Below are positions 39,015 through 49,475 of a DNA stretch of 64,000 bases, piece by piece; the first letter of the stretch is position 1, and each line of letters begins with the position of its first letter. Made by a program: the position numbers and the translations under genes. The notes below the pieces were generated by a model, which ran no database searches, was not told the DNA's origin, and worked only from the letters and a program-made list of their open reading frames with translations. The DNA comes from Mobula hypostoma (taxonomy: Eukaryota): positions 12,278,001 to 12,342,000 of the forward strand of contig NC_086118.1 of NCBI RefSeq assembly GCF_963921235.1. Direction: 5' to 3'.

Positions 39015-40384
39015 ATTTGTCATAGTGTGATGGCATGGGATTTGCATGAATGTGCTCCATCCCTCAGCATTAATGTACCTCACTATATAGATTATGTGCT
39101 GTTTTGGGGATCCTCTGATGAGGAGGTTTCTGAAACTTTTGATCACATGTGATTGAGGGAATGGGAAAACAACCCCAATAAAGTACAGGGCCCAGCTACA
39201 ACTGTTTATTTTCTGGGAATACAATGGACTAATGATGATAGGATAATTCCCAATAAGGTCAGAAATAAGATCCTAGACATAGCATTCCAATGACAAAACA
39301 AGAAGCCCAACATTTTGTTGGTCTTCTGGGATATTGGCATTGCCGTATGCCCCATCTAATGACACTTCTCCAACTCTTGTGCGCTGTGACCAGAAATAAA
39401 TTTTCATTTGCATGTACAACAGAGTTCAATTGTCAAGTGTATGTTTCTGAATGAGTATCAAAGGGACGGGATGGAATTAGTAACATACATCAACTGATTA
39501 CTGAGTCCCTTCAGGTTACGTCATTGAAACCTGAAGTTACTCCAGTTGAAGCCTTACCTGTAGCATGGGGCGTTCCCTTTGATCAGACTGCTGCTCAGCA
39601 GGTGCACGCCTGGTTCACTGACGGCGATGTGGAAGAATGGTCATTGTTGTTGGAAGGCTGCTGCCTTTAACCCTCTCACTCAACAAGTTTAGAAGAAGGA
39701 GGGGTCTGATGGGTCAAGTCAATATGCAGAACTTGTAGCATGAAATACTGTCATTATGCATGAAACTGAAGAAACCCATATTTATACCAATTCTTGGGCT
39801 GTTGCTTATGGTCTTGAATGGTTGCCTTGGTAACCAGCAATCTTATAATTTTGTGGGGCATCCCTTATGGGGAGTGGAGTTCTGGAAAGACATTTGGAAA
39901 TGATCATTTCATGCTACCATTACAGTCGATGCCGTTTTGAAGGATAGTTTTGAAAGATTTAGCAATCTTGCTGACAAACTCGCTTCTGTTAACAAGGTGA
40001 CATCTAGCCTAAGGCCTCCCATTTTGTCTTAAAAGGTTCCTGCCAGATTTTTGCTTTGTTCTGTTTTAATGCTTGTCCTGGTTTAATACTTGAGTTTTGC
40101 TGGATGTCAAACTTCCTCTGAGACTCGACAAGCCACTGACAACCTTGTGATTTGTGAAAATGATATTATTGTTTCGAGAAAAGATGCACATTATCCGAAA
40201 TGCGCTAACTGGGAGTACAGTGGGCCTGTAAATGGGACAGATTGTTGTACACCGCAAAGTAACTGGCCTCATATGACCTTTCTTTTGTGAAACAAGTAAA
40301 ATGCCAAATCGATTGTAATTTGACTATTGAATCTCCAATCACAATACAGTGTTTTTAAACCTTATTTATGCCATTTGATTTTTT

Positions 40385-40725
40385 AAAATTTATTCACTTA
40401 TGGGATGTGGGCATTACCAGCTAAGCAGCATTTATTGCCCATCCCTACTTGCCCTAGAGAAGGTGGTGATGTTAATGCACCCACTGTGCTGTAAGGAAGG
40501 GAATTCCATAATTTTGGCCCTGTGACAATGAAGGAATGGCGATATATTTCCAAGTCAGAATGGTAAGTGACTTGGAAGGGGATCTCCAAGTGGTGGGGTT
40601 CTCAGGTATCTGCTCTTCTCGTCCTTCTAGATGATAGTGGTCATGGGTCTGGAAAGTGCTGCCTTAGGAACTCCGATGTGTTGTTGCAATGCATCCTATA
40701 GATAGTATACACTGCTGCAACTGTG
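40385..40725 (-). mobile_element. LINE 3' fragment nested in the ERV
   Basis: Reverse complement of the 21650-22000 family. Confidence 0.7.
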
Positions 40726-40931
40726 ATGTTGTTACTATCCTCTAGGAATGAGGGCATATATTTTAATGTGAATATTGAGGTTAATCCTTGCCTCTGTGTA
40801 AGTTCTTATCTTTTAATAATCATGGTAATATTAGTTTTAATCACCCAAGGGATGTTAATATGTATTCTTCATTTTAAGCAGAAAGAATAGTTCTGCATTT
40901 CTCCAACCTAACAGACATTCAAGGGATGGAA

Positions 40932-41660
40932 TGTAGCATGCATATCAGATTTTGTAAAGCATTGACTGAATGTCTGTCCGTTCAGTGACAGCTTAATTCT
41001 TTCTGAAATTAGCAACATGTAAATTCTGTTAATGTCTGCAGAATGTTTGATGCTAGCTAGATTCTTTCTTAACTTGGGCTTATTGTTTATATGTAAAATT
41101 AAATGTACTTTGAAAGCCCAAGGAATGTGATGTGTCTAGATGTGTCTGGAGATGGGTGAATCAAATAGCAATAAATAACTATTAAAATGCAAATGTACGT
41201 CTGGATTTGGGCTTATCACTTATAAGTGTAAACTTTTAATATACTTTGTAAACCCAAGCAATGTTGTGTGTCCAGACATGAAGGAAAGAGAACAAAAGTT
41301 CAAAGAATTTGTGTGTCTTTTGATGACTGTGCTTGTGAACCTGTGTAGATACTGTCTTCCTTTTTGATATTTTCTTTGGACTTCAGCCAGGACCAGAAAT
41401 TGTGATGGGTGCATTTGATCAAGGGGAGATTTCAAGAGTGAGTTGGAATTCGGAGTTCCCTTGACAGCAACAATTGAGTGGTGAAGGAATTGTGACACAG
41501 AAATCTTTGTGACTTGCCATATAGTACTTTCTGAGGTTTATTTGTGCTTTCTTTTTTATGATAATAAATCAGCCTTAAGTTATTTTGTTATGCTTGTACT
41601 GTTATTACCACATCTCCTGTATATTTGAATTGTTGGGACTGATTAGTCCAGCCCGTTACA
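40932..41660 (+). mobile_element. 3' LTR of the class III ERV
   Basis: Preceded by PPT CAAGGGATGGAA; TGTAGC...GTTACA termini; AATAAA near 41562. Confidence 0.65.
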
Positions 41661-41689
41661 CACTTCTTTTTGAGAAACAGAATTTCAAG

Positions 41690-42032
41690 AACTTGCAATC
41701 ATTTGAAAGAAGAAAACGTACCTCATCTCTGTTCTAAATGGGAAGCTGGTATGTTTAAACAGTGTCTGCTAATTCCAAATATTCCCGGAAGAGGTAACAT
41801 AATTTCTACATCCACCCTTTCAGGACCCCTTAGGACATTATATGTTCTAAGTTCATTTATGATCCCTCTGTCTTCTAAACTCCAGCAGATACAAGACCCT
41901 CTGTCCAACTTCTCCTTATGAGACAATATATTCATAACCCGTGTTAGTGTACTAAAATTTCTCCGAATGCAATCAATGTATTAATGTCCTACTTTTAATA
42001 AGGAAACTAGCACCAAGCACAATACTTCAGAT
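41690..42032 (-). mobile_element. CR1 3' fragment (its continuation is now inverted at 47130-47220)
   Basis: ORF 41723-41935 (RGIINELRTYNVLRGPERVDVEIMLP). Confidence 0.7.
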
Positions 42033-42092
42033 CATACTCATGGACTGTTTGTCCCACTCCCAACAGGAATACAGTACAACTATGTGTACTGT

Positions 42093-42529
42093 ATCGCTTG
42101 CTTTAGGTGCACCTGGAAATTCCAGTTGGCGGCCAATTTCCCTGCACGCCGCTCTGACATATTGGGAAATCGTGTACTCGGCAGGTTACAGCCTTTACCT
42201 ACTGCTGGGTGAGTTTAAAGAGATCACCGCTCCACCAATGCCTGCTGGCCTGCCTTCTTGACCGTTGGACCATTAATCAGTCTCCTCTGCTCCATTTGCC
42301 AGGATCAGACTTCACACGCTGGGATAGGCAAATCCCCTACCTCACCAAGGGTCAAAGACCCATCGGCTACCCACACCTGGTTTGGCCCGTCTGCTGAGAT
42401 GGTTTACTGGGGAGTGGCCGCCGCATGTGTTATAGCTACTTGGAGCCACAGGTGAGAGCTGCCCTGAAAAAGGGCACAGTAGGCCCCCCACCAGAGGTGC
42501 TACCCCTCCCTAGACACCCCATACACCCC
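42093..42529 (-). mobile_element. Unclassified short retroposon (possibly RTE-related) inserted at the start of the Gypsy 5' LTR
   Basis: 9-bp TSD GTGTACTGT at 42084-42092 and 42530-42538. Confidence 0.6.
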
Positions 42530-42530
42530 G

Positions 42531-42728
42531 TGTACTGTGTAGCTACTGTATAATATGGGACTTCTTTATGTTGTAGGGACATGTCGTTGCATGCACTATT
42601 AGGCGCGTATTGATCTGTATGTGTGTGTTCAGTTCGGTTTCAGTCAGTAAAGAACCCTGTTAACTTAGCTCCCATCTCCAGCGTTTTTACTTATAGCTTT
42701 GTTGTGTAAACCGGCCACATACACAACA
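42531..42728 (+). mobile_element. Gypsy 5' LTR
   Basis: TGTACTG...ACAACA; homologous to 47575-47797 on the - strand. Confidence 0.92.
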
Positions 42729-42731
42729 AAT

Positions 42732-42742
42732 TGGCGACGAGG
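42732..42742 (+). promoter_or_regulatory. Primer-binding site (tRNA-Ser GCU type)
   Basis: TGGCGACGAGG just after the LTR is complementary to the tRNA-Ser(GCU) 3' end CCUCGUCGCCA. Confidence 0.8.
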
Positions 42743-42994
42743 TTAATGAACCTACATCGTATCAGAATGCTGTGTTTTAATTGATAATGACACTCAGAAG
42801 AAGAGCGCAACGTACGAGCCAAGGCAGAGCGAGGCCGTGAGTCCGAAATGAAACAGAAGCACAGCTCTAGGTCGGGAACATCGGGAGACCAAGAGACACA
42901 GTCGGAGCCGCAGCGCGTCCGGGCGAGACCACAGCCGGTGCTGAACCCCAGGGGCTGAGGGTCTGCCTGCCCCAGAGGGGAGATAAATAGGAGT

Positions 42995-42995
<1 letters not shown>

Positions 42996-43035
<40 letters not shown>

Positions 43036-43037
43036 AT
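42996..43037. repeat. (AC)n microsatellite in the Gypsy leader
   Basis: Directly visible. Confidence 0.95.
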
Positions 43038-43121
43038 CTAGACGAAGTGCGCTCGTGGTGCTAGCAAAAAGGTCATGCGAGTCAAAAAAATGGAGAACGG
43101 GGCTAAATTAACATAACAAGG

Positions 43122-43921
43122 ATGGCGATGATTGGAACCATTACAGCATTTGATAGTAGCATTGAAGGTTGGGCAACTTACATTGAAAGAGTGGAGTTAT
43201 ATTGTGATGCTAACAATGTTAATGATGAAAAGAAAGCCACCATCTTACTTAGTATTATCGGAGCAAAAACATACGGCTTGCTATGGTGCTTGTTAACCCC
43301 TGAAAAGCCAGCTGACAAAACCTTCAAGCAAATAGTAGATACACTCCAACAGCATTTAAACCCCAAACCACCGGTCATTGCTGAAAGACTTAAACTTCAC
43401 AATTGGAATCAGAGCAAAAATGAAAGCATTTATGAATATTGTGCTGAACTGCGCAAATTATCAGAACATCGTCAGTTTGGAGCGGGTCTGTCGGATGCAT
43501 TGAGGGACAGGTTAGTGTCTGGCATGCAGAGTGAAACCACACAGAAGAAGCTTCTGGATGAAAAAAGACCTTACATTACAGAAGGCGCTGAACGTTGCAA
43601 TATCTACGGAAATAGCTGCACGAGGTGCTTCTGGGATACAAGAAAAATCTCTGGAATATGCTATGAATAAAACGTCACTGAACAGAAATGAAGGAAAGAA
43701 ATGTTGCCATTGTGGGAATAGGTCACATGAATTGGTTTAAAGATAAAGAATGCAGAAACTGTGGCAAACAGGGCCACATTGGCAGAATATGCAAAGCTAG
43801 TAGACAGCAGAAAAATGGGCAAAGTACATAGAAACAAGAAACCCCAGAAAGGAAAATACAACAAAGTACACAAAATGAAAGAAGGCAGTTCTGATGAAAA
43901 TGTCTCAGACGAAAGTGAATT
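43122..43921 (+). pseudogene. gag: Gypsy (Mag-like) gag, frameshifted
   Basis: W..YIERVELYCDANN, LSDALRDRLVSG, LTLQKALNVA, and two zinc-knuckle remnants (CCHCGNRSH; CRNCGKQGHIGRIC). Confidence 0.9.
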
Positions 43922-44933
43922 CAAGTCAAGTCAAGTCACCTTTTAATTGTCATTTCGACCATAACTGCTGGTACAGTACACAGTAAAAATGAGACAATGC
44001 TTTTCAGGACCATGGTGCTACATGAACAATACAAAAACTACGTAAAACTACACTAGACTACAGACCTACCCAGGACTGCATAAAGTGCACAAAATAGTGC
44101 AGGCATTACAATAAAAAATAAACAAGACAATATGCACAATAGAGGGCAGTAGGTTGGTGTCAGTCCAGGCTCTGGGTATTGAGGAGTCTGATGACTTGGG
44201 GGAAGAAACTGTTACATAGACTGGTTGTGAGAGCCCGAATGCGTCAGTGCCTTTTGCCAGATGGCAGGAGGGAGAAGGATTTGTATGAGGGGTGCATGGG
44301 GTCCTTCATAATACTGTTTGCTTTACAGATGCAGCGTGTGGTGTAAATGTCTGTAACGGCGGGAAGAGAGACACCGATGATCTTCTCAGCTGACTTCACT
44401 ATCCGCTGCAGGGTCTCGTGATCCCAGATGGTGCAATTTCCAAACCAGGCAGTGATGCAGCTGCTCAGGATGCTCTCAATACAACCTCTGTAGAATGTGG
44501 TGAGGATGGGGGGTGGGAGATGGACTTTTCTCAGCCTTCACAGAAAGTAGAGATGCTGCTGGGCTTTCTTTGCTATGGAGCTGGTGTTGAGGAACGAGGT
44601 GAGATTCTCCGCCAGGTGAACACCAAGAAATTTGGTGCTGTTAGCGATCTCTATGGAAGAGTCGTCGATGTTCAGTGGAGAGTGGTCGCTCCGTGTCCTC
44701 CTGAAGTCAACAACCAAATCTTTTGTTTTGTTGACATTCAGAGACAGGGTGTTGGCTCTGCACCAGTCCGTTAGCCGCTGCACCTTCTCTCTGTATGCTG
44801 ACTCATCGTTCTTGTTGATGAGACCCACCACAGTCGTGTTATCGGCGAACTTGATGATTGGTTCGAGCTGTGTGTTGCAGCACAGTTTTGGGTCAGCGGA
44901 GTGAACAGCAGTGGACTGAGCACACAGCCCTGG
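43921..44933 (-). mobile_element. Rex1/Babar-like LINE inserted at the gag/protease boundary
   Basis: KFADNTTVVGLINKNDESAYR...LNVNKTKDLVVDFR; (TTGAC)n tail at 43921-43938. Confidence 0.9.
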
Positions 44934-45128
44934 GTCTTGTCTGAAACTTCACCGCATGAAAGAGACAGATGATCGAAGAGTAATAAGGATCACTCCACAA
45001 GTGACAAACGTGAGACTGAAAATGAAGTTGGACACAGGCTCAGCTTTAACAGTGATCTCTGTACACGACTACAAATGATTGTTTTCTCACATACCTCTGA
45101 AACGAACTAAACTACTGCTAAAGACTTA
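44934..45128 (+). pseudogene. Gypsy aspartic protease, N-terminal half
   Basis: SCLKLH...LKMKLDTGSALTVIS...RTKLLLKT, with one internal stop. Confidence 0.88.
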
Positions 45129-45455
45129 AGGCTGATTTATACTTGTGCGTCAACTCGACGCCATAGGTACGGCATTGCCCCGAACCCTACGCAGAGCCTA
45201 CGCGGATCCCTATGCCATAGCCTGATGCACACCTCTCCCAAAATGTAACTATGCGTCTCAGGAACGCAGACCACAACAACTGTGATTGGTCCGCCTGGTA
45301 GCATCGCATTTCCTCCTACTCTGCAACAGCTTCCCATTGGCTGACTGAAAGGCAGGGAAGGAACTCTGGCTGCAATGCTTTCCATAAAGCTTTACAGACC
45401 TCCGAAATTATGGAGGACACATTTTGCTTTTATGAAAAGAGACGCTTGCTTTAAA
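45129..45455 (+). mobile_element. PIF/Harbinger-like MITE, left arm
   Basis: TTA target followed by TIR AGGCTGATTTATACTTGTGCGTCA. Confidence 0.75.
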
Positions 45456-45681
45456 AATGCAAACACAAGGAAATTTGCAGATACTGGAATTTCCAGCAAC
45501 AAACATAAAAGTTGCTGGTGAACGCAGCAGGCCAGGCAGCATCTCTAGGAAGAGGTACAGTTGACGTTTCGGGCTGAGACCCTTCGTCAGGACTAACTGA
45601 AAGACGAGATAGTAAGAGATTTGAAAGTGGGAGGGGGAGGGGGAGATCCAAAGTGATAGGAGAAAACAGGAGAGAGATGGA
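45456..45681 (-). mobile_element. Penelope pLTR inserted in the MITE; intact hammerhead core at 45558-45594
   Basis: Minus strand reads AGTC-CTGACGA-AGGGTCTCAGCCC-GAAAC-GTC. Confidence 0.85.
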
Positions 45682-47130
45682 TGAACCATTTCATTTCCTA
45701 ACCACATTCCCATTCTGACATGTCAGTCCATGTCTTCCTCTTTTACCATGATGAGGCCGCTCTCAAGTGGTGATCAACAGCTCCAGGTAGCCCATTACCT
45801 GGTGGCATGAATATCAATTTCTCCAATTACTGGTAATTTATTTTCATTTCCTCCTTACCGCTCCTTCACTCCCCTCCTCTGGCATCTTACCTCTTCTCCT
45901 CACCTGCTAACACCTCCCTCCACCCGTAGATGGAGCTTAGGAGACGATGGCGCCTCACGGCCACTCCTTTGCTTGCATCTTTGGAAACAGCTCTATTTCT
46001 ATCTTTAATATCTCTATTTTTCCCTTTCAAGGTTCTTTATAAGACCCTGACCTGGAGTTACTCGCTCACTGCGGTTCTTTGCAGGAATGGGACATGCTCT
46101 TGGGGTCGCACAACTGGCCGCTATTCAATATACCAAGGACGCGACCTAGAAGACTAACACGCCTTCTGGGTTCCAGGATTTCATGGCTGTGGAAGCAGGC
46201 GGACTTGAGATCGATACCTTTGTAGGAAATCGGCGGATTGTGGGAGGTGGAAGATTGAAAGCAGCAAGCCGGCTGCTGGCTGCTGGCTGTGTGCCCAGAG
46301 ACCCAAGTTCTTTGAGCACAGAGCTCTGAAGGAGCAACGCAATAGACTTTTACACTATAAATCGGCAAGTTATTTTTGTTATGTCTCCCCTCTCACTGTG
46401 AAATGGGGACATACCTTCTTGCCTTATTATAGAGAGAGAGAGCCTGTGGTATGTCAAATTGCTGGGTGAATGAGTAGTCTTTTTAGGGTACTGCAAGTCT
46501 GTGTCTTTATTGATGCTTTGCTGCATGGTTGAGTGCTCAGTGGGGGGGGGGTGCCGATGCTTTTTTTGCTGGCAGGGGAGGGGGGATTGTTGCTTTGCTG
46601 CTGCTTATGCGTGGGAGGGGGGAGCTGGAGGGGCTTTGGGGTTCTAACACTTAACTGTCATTCATTCTTTGGGGAACGCATCTGTTTTTGTGGATGTTTG
46701 CAAAGAAAAAGAATTTCAGGGTGTATATTGTATACATTTCTCTGACATTAAATGAGCCTTTGAAACCTTTGAAATCTATGGTGTCATCCTCCTTCCCTTT
46801 CTCCCATGGTTTACACTTCTGTCTTATCGGATTCCTTCTTCTCTAGCCTTTTGCCTTTTCCACTTATCACCACCCTGATTCTTACTTCATTCCTTCTCCC
46901 CCTCCCACTGGTTCCACCTGTCACCTTCTAGTTTGTCCTGCCTCCCCTCCCCTCCCCCAACCTTCTTATTCTGGCCTCTTCCTTCTTCTTTTCCAGTCCT
47001 GATGAGGGGCCTCAGGCTGAAATGTCAACTGTTTATTCATGTCCATAGATACTGCCTGACCTACTGAATACCTCCAGCACTTTGTGTATGTTGCCCTGGA
47101 TTTCCAGCACCTGCAGAATCACTTGTGTTT
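45682..47130 (+). mobile_element. Penelope 3' fragment, interrupted by the element at 45926-46775
   Basis: GIY-YIG C-terminal remnant near 45690-45830; pLTR with CTGATGA/GAAA at 46995-47031. Confidence 0.75.
45926..46775 (+). mobile_element. Non-autonomous LINE-derived element (GATGGCG head, repeat tail)
   Basis: Head 'ggagacgatggcgcc', tail 'attaaatga...(CCTTTGAAA)2'; architecture like 60430-61083. Confidence 0.55.
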
Positions 47131-47227
47131 GTAATGTTATTGTTCTTTGCTAATTTAGTTGAAAGCAAAAGTAGGAAGGTGGGCTTTCAGTTATACAGAG
47201 TGAGACCAAATCTAGATTGATTCCAGC

Positions 47228-47574
47228 TTCAAGATTCAATTCAAGATTGTTTAATGTTATTTCCAGTACACCAAAGTAAAGGAGAATAAAAAATTATTAC
47301 TCTGGATTCAATGCAGCACAAAAACACAATAATAAAAGAAGCACAATAAATATAAATATATAAGATACCTTATACGCATAGATTGATTGCATGTGCATAA
47401 ATCGACACTAGGTATTGGAGTGTCTGTACATAAAGTGACTCTAACAGGAAATGGTGAAATTGTGGTGAAGATGCAGTGGAGTGGATTAGTGGGTAGAGAT
47501 GTTGCTCAGCCTCACTGCTTGGGGAAAGTAACTGTTCTTTTTAGTCTGGTGATCCTGGTGTAGATGCTACCTAG
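47228..47574 (-). mobile_element. Rex1-like LINE 3' end, the Gypsy insertion target; its left piece is at 42035-42068 (+)
   Basis: Minus strand reads SIYTRITRLK../SYFPQAVRL with a (TTGAA)-type tail; left piece reads HGLFVPLPTG. Confidence 0.75.
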
Positions 47575-47797
47575 TGTTGTGTATGTGGCCTGGCTACACA
47601 ACAGTGCTATAAATAAAAACGCTGGAGACGGGAGCTAAATTAACAGGGTTCTTTACTGACTGAAACCAAACCGAACACACACGTACAGATCAATACACAC
47701 CTAATAGCGCATGCTCAATATGTGCCTATTCGCATATGCAATGACGTGTGCCTACAACATAAAGTAGTCTCTTATTATACAGTAGCTACACAGTACA
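47575..47797 (-). mobile_element. Gypsy 3' LTR (inverted relative to the 5' LTR)
   Basis: Minus strand TGTACTGTGTAGCTACTGTATAAT...CACAACA; about 25 bp longer than the 5' LTR. Confidence 0.92.
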
Positions 47798-47810
47798 CTC
47801 CTCCCCTTTT
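47798..47810 (-). promoter_or_regulatory. Polypurine tract
   Basis: AAAAGGGGAGGAG directly precedes the 3' LTR TG on the - strand. Confidence 0.88.
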
Positions 47811-47995
47811 TATTTTAATAGTGTATCAACTGTTTTTCTACTGGGGCACTACGCTAAACAAATATGTTTACCCTTAACATACAAACGCCTACCAATTGTT
47901 TACTTAGTAACTTAATAATATCAAATTATAACAAAGTAACATAATAATATTAAATTATAACAAGCCTTTTTTTTAACTTTTGGTCTAAGACCCAT

Positions 47996-48019
47996 TTATA
48001 ACTCAAGTCTCTGGGGGGG
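47996..48019 (-). pseudogene. Last codons of Gypsy pol (PPQRLEL*)
   Basis: CCC CCC CAG AGA CTT GAG TTA TAA matches the typical PPxRLxL* end of Mag-like integrases; followed by an AT-rich 3' UTR and the PPT. Confidence 0.7.
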
Positions 48020-48020
48020 A

Positions 48021-48823
48021 CTCTGCCCACTGTGCCCTACTTCTCCAGATGATGATTATGTTCCAGCGGTAACAGAAGAAATAAGTGAAGCTGTAGCAAA
48101 ATTAGTCATATTTCGCAAGAGATGTGATGCATTTTTCGTAACTTTGGTTTCCAAACGAAGTGGTTGGTGATCTGCTGTCTCTGCTAGTTATTCAAATGTC
48201 AGGGCAATCCAATGACTCACTGAAAGATCAGTACTTTACCAGTAAATCTTTCACCGTTTGAAGAAGCAGTTGATCGAAATCCTGTTGTTCATTCCATTGT
48301 TCTTAAGCTGCTGTTAAAGTACAGTTTTGCTGATATTAAGGATTACCTGCAGTGCTATCTGTCTGAAGTTAAAAAGAAAACAAACTTTGGTCAAGAAAAT
48401 GATATTGAACTCTATGCACGGTTTCTGAGTTGTTTGGAGGATTCTCTGTATGAAAAATCCCAGTTGTGCACAGTGCAAGAAAAGATTGTGTATCTGGCTC
48501 AAGAGGGAGGATTCCTTCAGAAGCACACTCAGCACAAGTGTGAAAATACAACAATAGAAACCTTACAGTTTGTTGCCAGAATTCATCTCTGTTTCAATGC
48601 TGTTTCCCAACTTTGTGCAAAACAAGACGCATTGGCTGAGGATTCAAAATATGTACATGCAAAAGAAACTTCCCAGCAAAGGATTAAGTGTATGACGCTC
48701 AACGGAGGAAATGATTAGTTCAAGATTTACCTTGTGTGACAGCTGTTCTGTTTGAATGGAATTGATTTTGTCCAAGAGCTTTTAAGGGATGACCAATTTT
48801 CACGGATCTTTCCCAGGGAAATT
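48021..48823 (+). pseudogene. RNF213: Captured processed fragment of RNF213 (mysterin): end of RING plus downstream E3 region
   Basis: LCPLCPTSPDDDYVPAVTEEISEAVAKLVIFRKRCDAFFVTLVS / EVVGDLLSLLVIQ / LSPFEEAVDRNPVVHSIVLKLLLKYSFADIKDYLQ...ELYARFLSCLEDS...LQFVARIHLC...ND*FKIYLV*QL...IFPREI. Matches recalled vertebrate RNF213 motifs (LSPFNDVVDKTPVIRSVILKLLLKYSF; NCLEDS; EVARIRLC). No introns; stops and frameshifts present. Confidence 0.88.
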
Positions 48824-49475
48824 GCTGAGGAGAAGACGGAGATGCTGGTCTTTTTGGAGATTTAAACTTATTGAGAGTTTGCAGATCTTCCATTATCTGT
48901 TCATCTGTTAACAACTGTGCAAGTGCAGGTTTTCGTCTTTTGTCTGTAATTGGAACAGGGTCATTAGGTCTCCTCCTTAGTTTCCTAGTCATTATTGGCT
49001 TTACCTCCATAGAATCTCCTGTGAGTTCTATTGTTAGCCTCTCCTTCTCAATCATTTTTTTTCTTCAAACTCAATCTTTTTATCTTCAAATTCCTTCACT
49101 GCTGCTTCCAGTTGCAGAAAAAGCTCTGCATTTCATATTCTTTCCTTGTATTGTTGACCTAGTTTCTTCAACCTTTTTTGGTACTCCTGCAAAGTGCCTT
49201 CCTGTAGCTGCTGTATCTGTCTTTTGAGAGATGTCAATTTCTCCTGGTACATCTGCTCTTTTACTTCCAGGTAGTCTTCGTCATCCTGCTTATTGGCAAT
49301 ACCTGTCTCCCTTGCATCTTCTGTATCTTCATCCGGGTCGCCGCCACGGATACTGCGGTCGTCCTCATCGTCGATGCTGTCTAGCTCCTCCTCATCATTG
49401 CAATATTCAACAATGGGTGTAAGGAGAGCTGCGGACATCTTCCCCGCCGAGCTGCCCTCCTTTGTTGACTCATCT
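48816..49475 (-). pseudogene. SUDS3: Captured processed, 3'-truncated SUDS3 (Sin3/HDAC corepressor subunit SDS3) with short 5' UTR; ATG at 49438
   Basis: [49 protein letters not shown] and [32 protein letters not shown]...[12 protein letters not shown]. Intronless; premature TGA at 49133-49135; one frameshift; three short deletions. Confidence 0.95.

Larger units (their letters stand above)
36840..40931 (+). mobile_element. Degraded class III (ERV-L-like) endogenous retrovirus internal region: RT and RNase H remnants
   Basis: Across frameshifts: IPEGHKEI, NSPVRPVWKPDSSWFMTVNY, IDLSKAFFSIP, QFAFTWN, YVHSPTICH, HYIDYVL, NPNKVQGPAT, FLGIQW, TKQEAQHFVGLLGYW, AWFTDG, IYTNSWAVAYGL. Confidence 0.85.

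Noticed and set aside
42531..47797. Two independent Gypsy insertions in opposite orientation, or a TIR-bounded DNA transposon
   Set aside because: Protease codons, MITE TSD, Penelope TSD and flanking host repeats all join across strands, indicating one element plus an inversion.
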